A stretch of DNA of 62,676 nt, counting the filler, from Actinomycetota bacterium (lineage in GTDB: Bacteria > Actinomycetota > Acidimicrobiia > IMCC26256 > VFJJ01), in the NCBI GenBank assembly GCA_009886115.1. It is 6 parts of 6 records of this genome, joined end to end, with 100 filler letters (N's around TTAATTAATTAA, not from the genome) between each part and the next. Parts side by side here need not be neighbours in the genome. Positions count along the whole stretch, not along the records: positions 1 to 6,516 come from VFJJ01000079.1; positions 6,617 to 21,685 come from VFJJ01000199.1; 4 more parts are not named here. One strand, given 5' to 3'. The notes beneath the pieces were generated by a model, which saw only the letters and a program-made list of their open reading frames with translations, was not told the DNA's origin and ran no database searches. The position numbers were made by a program, and so were the translations under genes. This document shows, one piece after another, positions 1 through 8,405 of the stretch. Position 1 is the first letter of the stretch. Every line of letters starts with the position of its first letter.

Positions 1-156
1 CGGCCGATCCCATCGGTGCCGGCGATCACGCCCATCCCGCTGCGCTCTCCCGGGCGCGCCAGGCCCGGGCCGTCAGGCGCCGAGCGGGTGTTCGACCTGG
101 CCCGCGACGCTGGTGGCCGACGTGCGAGCCGCCCGGTCGCGACGCTGACGCGCGCT

Positions 157-645
157 CTACGACTGCCGTCGTTCGTAGTAGCGGTCGAGATGCTCGAGGT
201 CTTTCGCACGTCCGGATGCCTGCTTGAGCGTCTCCCAGGTCGTTGGTGTGATCACGAGCACGGGTTCGCCATCGAGCATGTGCCGCTCGGCTGAACCGGC
301 AAGATCGTCGTAGCCGCGGGTTGCGCCGTCGGGTGCGAACACGATGTCCACCGGGCCGTAGCGGGTCACAAGATGGAGGGTGTCGTAGTGCGCCCAGTTC
401 TCGACGGGGATCCGAGGAAACCACGTGCCACCTCCCTCGGCGGTGTTGAGACCAGCTTCGAGGTCGTCGAAGGAGCGGGCCAAGGATTCGAGGTTCTTCC
501 GGTCACGGGCCGGTGTGAGGTCGATGTCGACGGTCGCCGGCACCGGCAGATCGTGGATCAACGCGGCGATGCCGCCGATCACGACGTACCTGACACCATG
601 CCGATTGAGGATCCCGATGATCGCCCCGGGGTCGAGGTCAGCCAC
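157..645 (-). CDS. Nucleotidyltransferase-fold protein (putative toxin partner of upstream HTH)
   Basis: YVVIGGIAALIH...TVDIDLTP Pol-beta-like GG...DxD motif; overlaps the upstream HTH gene by 8 nt. Confidence 0.7.
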   Translation of the reverse strand: MADLDPGAIIGILNRHGVRYVVIGGIAALIHDLPVPATVDIDLTPARDRKNLESLARSFDDLEAGLNTAEGGGTWFPRIPVENWAHYDTLHLVTRYGPVDIVFAPDGATRGYDDLAGSAERHMLDGEPVLVITPTTWETLKQASGRAKDLEHLDRYYERRQS

Positions 646-958
646 GAACCTGTCGACGTTCGACTCGGGCGTGTTCGCGTTCGGCGTGCTCGGTGAGTTG
701 ATCGGCAGGTACCAACGACTCTGCGATCACGCGGGCTGGTTCGTGCGTATCGGGAAGGGCGAGGCGCATGCGAACCTCGAAGCCGGCGGCGCCGAGGATA
801 CGGCACAACGTTTCGACCGACGGTGAACGTCGCCCGGACTCGTAGGCCGAGATCGCAGCTTGGCTCGTCTCGGCGCGTTCGGCGAGCGCATGTTGCGTGA
901 GGCCGGCCTGACGGCGAGCAATCCGGATCAGATGCCGTGAGTATCTCTCGGAGGGCAC
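638..958 (-). CDS. XRE-family helix-turn-helix protein (putative antitoxin/regulator)
   Basis: IRIARRQAGLTQHALAERAETSQAAISAYESGRRSPSVETLCRIL is a classic HTH_3; GTG start at 958 chosen because TATCCT lies 6 nt upstream. Confidence 0.8.
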   Translation of the reverse strand: MPSERYSRHLIRIARRQAGLTQHALAERAETSQAAISAYESGRRSPSVETLCRILGAAGFEVRMRLALPDTHEPARVIAESLVPADQLTEHAEREHARVERRQVRG

Positions 959-1168
959 CCCTCGAGGATATACCGGTACCGGTGTGGCTGTGGCACCGAG
1001 CAAGGGTCGAAGCCCTGGGTGGTGCACACCGGCCCACGCAGCGTGATGGGACGTTCGTGAGACGCCCCGTCCGTATGTCCCGGGTGGTGAGCCACGGAAC
1101 GGGAACCTACCAACGATGTCGCACGCGTCTCCTTCTTCGAGCTCGACGTGGGTGAGGGTGCTCCCGCC

Positions 1169-1431
1169 AACCGGGTGCCGGTGTGCGTGGCGCTGACGGG
1201 CCGTGTGGCTGCGGGCGGGTCGGTGGATGTGGCGCCGTCGTGTACGGATGTCGAGAGCGATCCGCTCACGTATGCGATCGTGGCGCAGGGCGCCAAGGGT
1301 GCGGCTCGGTCGTGAATGGCCAGTTGCGTTACACGGCCAACGCGGGCACGTCGGGGACCGACTCGTTCATGTATACGGCCGATGATGGCAAGGGTGGGGT
1401 GTCGGCGCCGGCGGTGGTGACGGTCACGTTC
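1169..1431 (+). pseudogene. Frameshifted Ig-like (Big_9/tandem-95/cadherin-like) repeat relic
   Basis: NRVPVCVALTGRVAAGGSVDVAPSCTDVESDPLTYAIVAQGAKG / frameshift near 1304 / SVVNGQLRYTANAGTSGTDSFMYTADDGKGGVSAPAVVTVT; D.D.D.LTY and GTDSFxYT.DDG motifs. Confidence 0.75.
1193..1270 (+). repeat. 78-bp direct repeat, copy 1 (copy 2 at 2452-2529)
   Basis: Manual alignment: 76/78 identical. Confidence 0.95.
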
Positions 1432-1518
1432 GCTCACCTCCTGGCCGCGTTCGATGGTGGCGAGTTGATCGCCGCCGCGATACCGAGCCGCGTGGGCCGG
1501 CGCGCCTTGGCGGCTCGG

Positions 1519-1884
1519 TCAGATGGGGAGCCGGCGGACTCGCAGCCGGTCGTCGTTGATGACCACGATGGCGCCGAGCTCGAGGTCCTCGCCGACCTCC
1601 GCGAGGTTCGCGAGGAGGAGCCGTGCCTGGTCGTGTGCGCGGCGAAAGCCTCGAAGGCGGAACAGGACGACCGATGGCGACGTGGACCCGGTGTCGGCGA
1701 GGAGCGACGCGAAGTCGGTGTCGGCCGAGATGATGATCCTGCGCTGGTCGAGTGCCAGTGCGAAGATCTCGGGGTCGGATGCGGTTTCAAGACCGATCTC
1801 GTTTGTGTGCACGACGTCGTGGCCCGCGTCGCGGAGCGCCTCGGCGAGGAGTGGCGAGCGATTCTGATCGACCAGGAACCTCAC
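1519..1884 (-). CDS. DUF5615 PIN-like toxin (VapC45-type)
   Basis: MRFLVDQN...GHDVVH...ASDPEI...IISADTDF; GTGA overlap with the DUF433 gene. Confidence 0.85.
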   Translation of the reverse strand: MRFLVDQNRSPLLAEALRDAGHDVVHTNEIGLETASDPEIFALALDQRRIIISADTDFASLLADTGSTSPSVVLFRLRGFRRAHDQARLLLANLAEVGEDLELGAIVVINDDRLRVRRLPI

Positions 1885-2111
1885 GCAGGCTTACGCAGAG
1901 GGAGGTCGCGCTCGAGGGGCGCGTCAGCGGCGAATCGGAGCGCGGCTTCAACGTCGGCCGGTACGAGCGGGGGTAACTCGGCCACGATCTCGCTTGCGCT
2001 CATGCCGTCGGCGACCATGGCGACGACGGTCGCCACCGGGATGCGCAGTCCGCGTATGCACGGGACGCCACCCATCTTGTCGGCCTCGACGGTGATCCTC
2101 TCATGGGGCAC
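1881..2111 (-). CDS. DUF433 antitoxin (VapB45-type)
   Basis: RITVEADKMGGVPCIRGLRIPVATVVAMVADGMSASEIVAELPPLVPADVEAALRFAA. Confidence 0.9.
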   Translation of the reverse strand: MPHERITVEADKMGGVPCIRGLRIPVATVVAMVADGMSASEIVAELPPLVPADVEAALRFAADAPLERDLPLRKPA

Positions 2112-2451
2112 GGTCGTTGATCGTAGCCCCGGTGAGGCGTCGGGCCTCCGCGATGATGTCCTGCGGGATGATGTGCTTGCTGGCGCACCTGGGCGTTGGA
2201 TTCCATGAACGAAGCCACCAGCGCGTGAACGGTGGGCCGAGAGCCGGGTGAACGCGCCAGCCACCGTGGATCAGGTGCCAAGGCGGTTGTCGAATCGCTC
2301 GCGGGACGACAGCGGACCTCGTCGGATGGTGGGACGCTGGTGAGACGCTGGGGTCCGTATGTTCGGAATCGTGAACGACCTCGACGTTGATGAGCCGGAT
2401 CGGCATCGTCCGTACACGGTGCTGATGCTCCGTTTGGTGACGGCCGAGACA

Positions 2452-2529
2452 CTGACGGGCAGTGTGGCTGCGGGCGGGTCGGTGGATGTGGCGCCGTCGT
2501 GTACGGATGCCGAGAGCGATCCGCTCACG
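2452..2529 (+). repeat. 78-bp direct repeat, copy 2 (truncated Ig-like relic)
   Basis: Encodes LTGSVAAGGSVDVAPSCTDAESDPLT; 76/78 identical to 1193-1270. Confidence 0.95.
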
Positions 2530-2639
2530 ATCACGAAAGCCAGGACAGGGCACGTGTCGTCGGCGTTCCCGATGCCCGGGGTGGCCTCGAGGAGGGCCAT
2601 GCATACGACTGAGCGATGTTTGAGAGTATGCTCAGAGGT

Positions 2640-2909
2640 ATGGCGCGTGAGAAGACCACGATTACGGTCGACCGGGCCAAGCTGGATGCCGTGCGGGAGA
2701 TCACCTCGAGCGCCAGTGCTTCGCAGGCGATCGACCGGGCCCTCACGGCGCTGCTCGCATCGGAACGCTTGCGTCGTGATGTCGAGGCCTACACCGGGGC
2801 GCCACCATCGGCCGACGAGGTGGCCCTGGGCGCCACCGTTGCCGATTGGTCGGATCTCGCCGACGACACCGACTGGGGCGGGCTGTACGGCGACGATGCC
2901 TGCGCCTGA
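2640..2909 (+). CDS. Type II antitoxin (RHH/VapB-like N-terminus) upstream of PemK toxin
   Basis: MAREKTTITVDRAKLDAVREI...SQAIDRAL; acidic C-terminus; overlaps the toxin start. Confidence 0.75.
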   Translation: MAREKTTITVDRAKLDAVREITSSASASQAIDRALTALLASERLRRDVEAYTGAPPSADEVALGATVADWSDLADDTDWGGLYGDDACA

Positions 2910-3216
2910 GCCCCGTCGGGGTGAGGTGTGGTTGGCCGAGCTCGACAAGCGCCGACCGGTGATCGTGCTCACCCGCGATCCGCTCGGCCGCTATCTCAAG
3001 AGCGTCATCGTCGCGCCGGTCACCTCAACGGTGCGGGGCCTCTCCACCGAGATTCCCGTCGGCCCCGAGGACGACATCGTGGCGCCGTCGGTCGCCAACC
3101 TCGACAACGTGCAGCTCGTCGATCGGGCTCGACTGGTACGCCGGGTCGGACGGGCCCGTCCCGAGACGATGGGCGAGATCTGCCGGGCGTTGTCCATCGC
3201 CGTCGGCTGCGACTGA
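2896..3216 (+). CDS. mazF: PemK/MazF family endoribonuclease toxin
   Basis: RRGEVWLAELDKRRPVIVLTRD...VIVAPVTSTVRG...ANLDNVQLV. Confidence 0.9.
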   Translation: MPAPEPRRGEVWLAELDKRRPVIVLTRDPLGRYLKSVIVAPVTSTVRGLSTEIPVGPEDDIVAPSVANLDNVQLVDRARLVRRVGRARPETMGEICRALSIAVGCD

Positions 3217-3256
3217 TCCACCGCCACCGCCAAGGCCATCACCCGCCGCCATCGCC

Positions 3257-3302
3257 CACTGGTCGTGGAATCGATCACATGCGATCGAACGCACGACCAG
3301 TG
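3257..3302. repeat. REP-like/terminator-like hairpin
   Basis: CACTGGTCGTG...CACGACCAGTG 11-bp inverted repeat with inner TCGATC/GATCGA, 40 nt after the mazF stop. Confidence 0.55.
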
Positions 3303-3387
3303 CTCGGAGGCGACGGATCTGACAGGGTTGCGCACCTTCATGTGCAGCACCGGGCATCAGCCCCCGGACCCCGGTAGAGTTACAGCG

Positions 3388-4377
3388 ATGGCATTCGAGG
3401 CACCAGCACCGCCGTTCGAGGTGAGCACCCCCGTGTTCGAGGGGCCGTTCGACCTGCTGTATCACCTGATCGTCAAGGAGCAGGTCGACATCTACGAGGT
3501 GTCGCTGAGCGCGATCATCGAGAAGTTCCTGCGCGAGCTGGCCGGGGCCGAGACGGTCGCGCTGGGGCCGTGTACGGAGTTCCTCGTGATCGCGGCGTCG
3601 CTCGTCGAGCTCAAGAGCCGGCGCCTGCTGCCGGGCTCCGACGACATCGACCTCGACGACGAGTTGCTGCTCGACCAGCGTGACGCCCTCCTGGCCCGGC
3701 TGCTGGAGTACAAGACCTTCAAGGACGCCTCGGCGGCGCTGCGCCTGCTGCTCGACCGGGCGATGCGCTCGGTGCCTCGCACGGCGGGCCCCGAGGAGCC
3801 TTTCGCGTCGCTGGTCCCCGATCCGCTGGCCGCGGTCACCCCGTTGCAGATCCGCGATGCCGCCCGCAAGGCGCTCACGCCCCGTCTGCAGGAGCGGATC
3901 GACCTCGACGCCGTGGCGCCGTTGCGCATCAGCGTCCGCGAAGCCGTCGACATCGTGCTGGCCGGACTGCCCCGCCGGGGCTCGATCACCTTCCGCCAGT
4001 TGACGATCGGCCTGCGAGCCCGCATCGACGTGATCGTGCGGTTCCTGGCCGTGCTGGAGCTGTTCAAGCAGGGCATCGTCGACATCGAGCAGGCCGAGCA
4101 CTTCGGCGAGATCTCGATCCGCCTGCTCGACGAGCCGGCCGAGATCGACCTCGTGGCCATGGAGGCCGACTGGGGCGAGCACGACGCCACGGCTCGGGCC
4201 CGCGAGCTCGATCGTGAGCGTGAGCACGCCAGCGGTCTGCGCCGTGAACGTGATCGTGATCGTGACCTCGACGACCTCGACGACCTCGACGGGCTCGACG
4301 GGCTGGGGCTGGGGCTCGACGAGCCGGGCGATGTCGATCGGCTCGGCGATCCCGCACGGGAGCTGGAGACCACATGA
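3388..4377 (+). CDS. scpA: Segregation and condensation protein A
   Basis: FEGPFDLLYHLI, EFLVIAASLVELKSRRLLP, VRFLAVLELFKQG; low-complexity acidic tail. Confidence 0.93.
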   Translation: MAFEAPAPPFEVSTPVFEGPFDLLYHLIVKEQVDIYEVSLSAIIEKFLRELAGAETVALGPCTEFLVIAASLVELKSRRLLPGSDDIDLDDELLLDQRDALLARLLEYKTFKDASAALRLLLDRAMRSVPRTAGPEEPFASLVPDPLAAVTPLQIRDAARKALTPRLQERIDLDAVAPLRISVREAVDIVLAGLPRRGSITFRQLTIGLRARIDVIVRFLAVLELFKQGIVDIEQAEHFGEISIRLLDEPAEIDLVAMEADWGEHDATARARELDREREHASGLRRERDRDRDLDDLDDLDGLDGLGLGLDEPGDVDRLGDPARELETT

Positions 4378-5153
4378 GCGCATGGGACGGTTCGGGTCTC
4401 GGGGCCCGACACACCGACGACGCCCGATCGGCCCGCGAGCACGAAGGCCGCCGAGCCATCGAAGCGGTCGTGATGGCGGCCACCGATCCGGTCGAGACCG
4501 TGGTGCTGGCGCAGTTGCTCGAGCTGCCCGTCCACAAGGTCGAGGCGCTGTGTCGCGAGCTGGCCGACACCTACGAGGTCCAAGCCCGGGGCTTCGTGCT
4601 GGCCCGGGTGGCGGGCGGGTGGCGCTACCAGACCCATCCCGATCTCGCAGGCTACGTCGAGCGCTCGATCCTCGAAGGCCAGCAGTCCCGGTTGTCGAAC
4701 GCGGCCATGGAATCGTTGGCCATCGTGGCCTACAAGCAGCCGATCGCCCGGAGTCAGCTGGCGGCCATCCGGGGCGTGAGCGTCGACGGTGTGGTGCGCA
4801 CGCTCTTGCAGCGGGGCTACATCGAGGAGGTCGGACGCGACCAGGGCCCGGGTCAGGCGGTGCTCTACGGCACGACCCGCCTGTTCCTCGAAGACCTCGG
4901 CCTCGACACCGTGGCCGACCTTCCCGCGCTCGGCGCCTTCGTTCCTCCGGCCGAGATCATGGACATCCTCGAGCAGTCGCTCCGGCCCGTCGACGAGATC
5001 CCGGTGTCCGACGAGGCTGGTGCCGACGGGTCGCTCATCGACGAGCCGACCGCGTTCGGGGCGACCCCGTTCGGGGCGACCCCGTTCGAGCCAGCAGCAG
5101 TCGAGGCGACCGCGGCGGAGCCGAGTGGCGATGCCGACCGATCCGCACCCTGA
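4374..5153 (+). CDS. scpB: SMC-Scp complex subunit ScpB
   Basis: LARVAGGWRYQT, LSNAAMESLAIVAYKQPIAR...IRGVS, LYGTTRLFLEDLGL. Confidence 0.95.
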   Translation: MSAWDGSGLGARHTDDARSAREHEGRRAIEAVVMAATDPVETVVLAQLLELPVHKVEALCRELADTYEVQARGFVLARVAGGWRYQTHPDLAGYVERSILEGQQSRLSNAAMESLAIVAYKQPIARSQLAAIRGVSVDGVVRTLLQRGYIEEVGRDQGPGQAVLYGTTRLFLEDLGLDTVADLPALGAFVPPAEIMDILEQSLRPVDEIPVSDEAGADGSLIDEPTAFGATPFGATPFEPAAVEATAAEPSGDADRSAP

Positions 5154-6051
5154 AGGCGACCGACTCCAGAAGCTGCTCGCCACCGCCGGCTACGGGTCGC
5201 GCCGGGTGTGCGAGGAGTTGGTGGCTGCCGGGAGAGTCGCTGTGAACGGGACCGTGGTCGAGCTGGGCGCCCGAGCCCGGCCGGGGGTCGACGACGTCAC
5301 CGTCGACGGCGTACCCGTGGCGTTCAGCGGTGTGCTCGTCTACTACCTGCTGCACAAGCCGGCCGGGGTCGTGACCACCGCCAGCGATCCCCAAGGCCGG
5401 CCGACGGTCGTCGAGATCGTTCCGAGCGACCCGCGCGTGTTCCCCGTGGGTCGTCTCGACACGGCCACCGAAGGCCTGTTGATCCTCACCAACGATGGCG
5501 AGCTGGCCCACGGGTTGACGCATCCGAGCCGGGGCGTCGACAAGACCTACCTGGCCGAGGTCGAGGGCGTCCCGAGCCGGGCGGCGCTGCGCCAGCTGCG
5601 GATGGGCGTGGCGCTCGACGACGGCCTGACCGCTCCGGCGCGGGTGACGGTGATCGCCGAGCGACCCGAGGGGTCGGCATTGCAGATCACCATCCACGAG
5701 GGGCGCAATCGTCAGGTGCGGCGGATGTGCGAGACCGTCGGCCATCCGGTGCGCCGCCTGGTGCGTTCGGCGATCGGGCCCCTCACCGACCAGCGGCTCA
5801 CGGCGGGGGAGTGGCGCGACCTCACCGTTGCCGAGGTGCGCGACCTCTACGCGGCCGCGGGTCTCGCCCGTCCGGCGCCCGTCGACCCGATGGCCAAGCG
5901 GTACGGGCCCGACAAGCGCCCTGCCAGCCCGGCCCGGGGGGCCCGCCGGCAACGCCAGCGCGATGATGCCGAGCAACGCCGTGCCGAAGGGCTCGACATC
6001 GAGCCCGGATCAGTCGGGCCGGGATCAGTCGGGCCGGAAGCCGGCGAGTAA
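5131..6051 (+). CDS. rluB: rRNA pseudouridine synthase (RsuA/RluB family)
   Basis: S4 domain RLQKLLATAGYGSRR; HKPAGVVTT; GRLD catalytic motif; EGRNRQVRRM; follows scpB. Confidence 0.9.
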   Translation: MPTDPHPEGDRLQKLLATAGYGSRRVCEELVAAGRVAVNGTVVELGARARPGVDDVTVDGVPVAFSGVLVYYLLHKPAGVVTTASDPQGRPTVVEIVPSDPRVFPVGRLDTATEGLLILTNDGELAHGLTHPSRGVDKTYLAEVEGVPSRAALRQLRMGVALDDGLTAPARVTVIAERPEGSALQITIHEGRNRQVRRMCETVGHPVRRLVRSAIGPLTDQRLTAGEWRDLTVAEVRDLYAAAGLARPAPVDPMAKRYGPDKRPASPARGARRQRQRDDAEQRRAEGLDIEPGSVGPGSVGPEAGE

Positions 6052-6061
6052 CGTCGCACCC

Positions 6062-6430
6062 GTGGGAACACTGGCCGCCAGAGGCGCGATCACCGTCGAC
6101 GTCGACGCTGCTGACGAGGTTGTCGCCAAGACCCAGAAGCTCGTCACAGCGATGCTGGTGCGCAACGACATCACGGTCGACGACGTGATCAGCGTGATCT
6201 TCACGACCACGCCCGACCTCCGCAGCGCCTTCCCCGCCGGGGCCGCTCGAGAGGTCGGCTTCCACGACGTGCCGATGATCGGAGCCGTCGAGACCGACGT
6301 TCCCGGTGCGCTCGCTCGCGTCATCCGGGTCCTCATGCACATCGAGAGCGACCGGTCCCGAGCCGCGATCCGCCACGTGTTCCTCGACGGGGCCCGGGCG
6401 CTGCGCCCCGATCTCGCCGACGGTGAGTAG
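6062..6430 (+). CDS. aroH: Chorismate mutase, AroH class
   Basis: ARGAITV...SVIFTTTPDLRSAFPA..AR...DVPGALARVIRVLMH...LRPDL. Confidence 0.92.
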   Translation: MGTLAARGAITVDVDAADEVVAKTQKLVTAMLVRNDITVDDVISVIFTTTPDLRSAFPAGAAREVGFHDVPMIGAVETDVPGALARVIRVLMHIESDRSRAAIRHVFLDGARALRPDLADGE

Positions 6431-6436
6431 TCATCG

Positions 6437-6516
6437 ATGACTACCGCGCTGGCGCGGGTCGCGATCGTCGGCACCGGGCTCATCGGAGGCTCCCTGGGCA
6501 TGGCGCTGCGCGAGAC
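6437..6516 (+). CDS. tyrA: Prephenate dehydrogenase, 5' fragment (cut by contig end)
   Basis: MTTALARVAIVGTGLIGGSLGMALR Rossmann start directly after aroH. Confidence 0.75.
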
Positions 6517-6616
6517 NNNNNNNNNNNNNNNNNNNNNNNNNNNNNNNNNNNNNNNNNNNNTTAATTAATTAANNNNNNNNNNNNNNNNNNNNNNNNNNNN
6601 NNNNNNNNNNNNNNNN
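6517..6616. other. Artificial contig spacer (also 21686-21785, 32374-32473, 53510-53609, 61236-61335)
   Basis: N-run, TTAATTAATTAA (stops in all frames), N-run; identical 100-nt structure five times. Confidence 0.99.
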
Positions 6617-6725
6617 AGGAGCCCTCCGGCCGGGTGGTGGATCCCCTACAACGGGCCCACCACCCCAGCTCAAGGGTGAGGAATTTCAGTGATCGAGTCT
6701 GGGGAGAGTTCGGTGATCGCTACCA
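6617..6725. mobile_element. Terminal segment of an IS21-family-like element
   Basis: Reverse complement reads TGGTAGCGATCACCGAACTCTCCCCA-GACT-CGATCACTGAAATTCCTCA: TG terminus plus tandem internal repeats typical of IS21 ends; abuts a truncated vapC. Confidence 0.6.
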
Positions 6726-6982
6726 TCGGCCCGTCCGCGGAGGCCAGACTCCTGACCCTGGTGACCAGTAGTCGTTTCACGATCATCGACCTCATTCCCG
6801 GCGACTACCAACGAAGCATCGAGCTCATCACCACCTACAGCACCCTGGGGCTCGGGTTCGTCGACGCCTCGATCATTGCCGTCGCCGAACGCCTACTCCT
6901 GGCAACGATCGCGACGCTCAACGACCGCGACTTCAGAGTCGTGCGCCCTACCCACTGCGCGGCGTTCGACCTGATTCCCTGA
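6726..6982 (+). pseudogene. vapC: VapC PIN toxin, 3' half, interrupted by IS
   Basis: GPSAEARLL...DYQRSIELITTYSTLGLGFVDASIIAVAERL...IATLNDRDFRVVRP..FDLIP; the N-terminal PIN Asp region is missing. Confidence 0.8.
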
Positions 6983-7015
6983 CCCCGTCACGGACACCGA
7001 CCCGGGCATTGCCGC

Positions 7016-7037
7016 GTAGTCGCGAAGTAGTCGCGAA
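7016..7037 (+). repeat. Tandem 11-bp repeat GTAGTCGCGAA x2 (possible integrase arm-type sites)
   Basis: Perfect tandem pair about 115 nt inside the tRNA-derived att core. Confidence 0.45.
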
Positions 7038-7152
7038 CCCTGTGGAAACGGGCACATGGCGGCGGTTGCCGACGGACGAGGACCCGAACAAATATGCAGC
7101 TCAGACGGTATATCGCGGACGAACACGAACGCCAGCGGACCCAACAATGTCC

Positions 7153-7198
7153 GACTTCTAATCCGCGGGTCGGGGGTTCGATTCCCTCCGGGCGCGCC
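7153..7198 (+). other. 3' half of tRNA-Arg(TCT): att site of an integrative element
   Basis: GA-CTTCTAA-TCCGCGGGTC-GGGGGTTCGATTCCCTC-CGGGCGCGCC has the anticodon loop, T-arm and acceptor 3' strand; no D-arm or 5' acceptor strand upstream. Confidence 0.8.
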
Positions 7199-7322
7199 CC
7201 GTGGTAACCCGCACCGTTGTAGGGCCAACCACTGGTCGACGGAAGCGCTCCCAGTGAGCTGCGACTCGACGCCACCGTCCACCCGGCGTGATCCGCCCAG
7301 TTCGCCCCGTCACCGGAAACCC

Positions 7323-7464
7323 ATGAGCGTGAACGACGGGAATCGAACCGTGATCTCGATTCTCGAGGGCGAGGCGGCCCGGCGCGGGATCACAAACGCT
7401 CAGCTCATCGAGCTCATCACCACCTACAGCGGTCTGGGGCTCGGGTTCGTCCACACCTCGATCA
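7323..7464 (+). pseudogene. Collapsed vapBC relic (antitoxin-like segment fused to a vapC internal fragment)
   Basis: LEGEAARRGITNAQLI (CopG/RHH-like) runs into IELITTYSGLGLGFVHTSI; 7406-7464 closely resembles 6817-6875. Confidence 0.55.
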
Positions 7465-7487
7465 ACATGGCCGGCTCGATGATCTTG

Positions 7488-7817
7488 TCAGCCGGCCAGG
7501 CCCAGGAACACCAGCACCGCCCGATTGAGCCGGACCATGTCGCCGTCGTCCAGGCGTCCGACCCGCTCTCCCAGCTTCGATCGCGTGACGGTGGTGATCT
7601 TGTCAACCATGAGGCTGCTCGGCTCGCGCAAACCGTTGACCTGATCGGGAAGGACCACCAAGCGAAACAGCGGCGCCTCCGTCGGATCGGTGGTCAGCGC
7701 GCAGATCGTGACCGAGTCAGTGCCGTCGAAACGGTCGTCCTGGACGATGACCACGGGACGAGGCTTGCCGACGTAACCGCTCCCTACAGCCGCGGTCCAG
7801 ACCTCACCTCGCTTCAT
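7488..7817 (-). CDS. mazF: PemK/MazF family toxin
   Basis: MKRGEVWTAAVGSGYVGKPRPVVIVQDD...NGLREPSSLMVDKITTV. Confidence 0.92.
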   Translation of the reverse strand: MKRGEVWTAAVGSGYVGKPRPVVIVQDDRFDGTDSVTICALTTDPTEAPLFRLVVLPDQVNGLREPSSLMVDKITTVTRSKLGERVGRLDDGDMVRLNRAVLVFLGLAG

Positions 7818-8032
7818 TCCTCGTCCACGCTGACGGCATCGATGAACGCCTGATCGTCGGCTGCGTACGCGCTCGAGGCCACGGCACCCGATTGAAGGTG
7901 CGCCTGTTCGGCGAACTCGCGCGAGCGGACATCCGGGACCCAGATCTGGATCGGGCGCAACCCTTGCGCTCGCAGGCGCGCCCTGTACTCGCGAACCCGC
8001 TGAGCTGAAGGTGATCCCGTCCATCGCGGCAT
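7814..8032 (-). CDS. MazE-like antitoxin (DUF3018)
   Basis: RVREYRARLRAQGLRPIQIWVPDVRSREFAEQAHLQS; ATGA overlap with mazF. Confidence 0.88.
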   Translation of the reverse strand: MPRWTGSPSAQRVREYRARLRAQGLRPIQIWVPDVRSREFAEQAHLQSGAVASSAYAADDQAFIDAVSVDEE

Positions 8033-8405
8033 CAGCCCATGTTACATGTCACGCTGAGATGCAACGCTACATCCAACGAAGGCTGCCTCAAACCTGTGCC
8101 GCCACACCCCTTCACATCGCGTCGTTCCATGGGATGTCGAGCCCTCACAACCGGCGGCGTACTCGCGAAATAGCTGCCGAGAAGGCCCAGCCCTGAATGC
8201 ACTGCTGGTCCTGACCTCTCGCCCCGGGCCGCCGCTGGGCGCTCCCCAGAAGACGTCGAGAATCCGCCCCGGGAAACGGCGGCCTCGGCCGTGGCCGCCG
8301 CGCGAGCCGTGCTCGAGCGCTCGAGCAGCCTCATCGACGATTCCCCGAAGGCCAGCTCCACTCCCTGGACGAACGTATCTGAACGCCGCGTCAATCAAGG
8401 ACGCC

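Noticed and set aside
1047..2529. CRISPR array or integron attC sites
   Set aside because: Only two long repeats 1.26 kb apart, no regular spacers, no RYYYAAC/GTTRRRY attC structure, no cas or intI genes
3025..5976. Long antisense/alternate-frame ORFs (e.g. 3025-4383, 3492-5183, 23538-25622, 40378-42147)
   Set aside because: Shadow ORFs of high-GC genes with clear motifs on the other strand or frame
6517..6616. Recurring TTAATTAATTAA flanked by Ns (five times)
   Set aside because: Artificial contig linker, not a biological repeat; cross-spacer gene neighbourhoods ignored
7153..7198. Functional tRNA-Arg(TCT)
   Set aside because: No D-arm, 5' acceptor strand or full anticodon stem; treated as an att remnant
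8042..8400. ORFs between the antitoxin and the MDR dehydrogenase
   Set aside because: No motif or consistent frame; left unannotated
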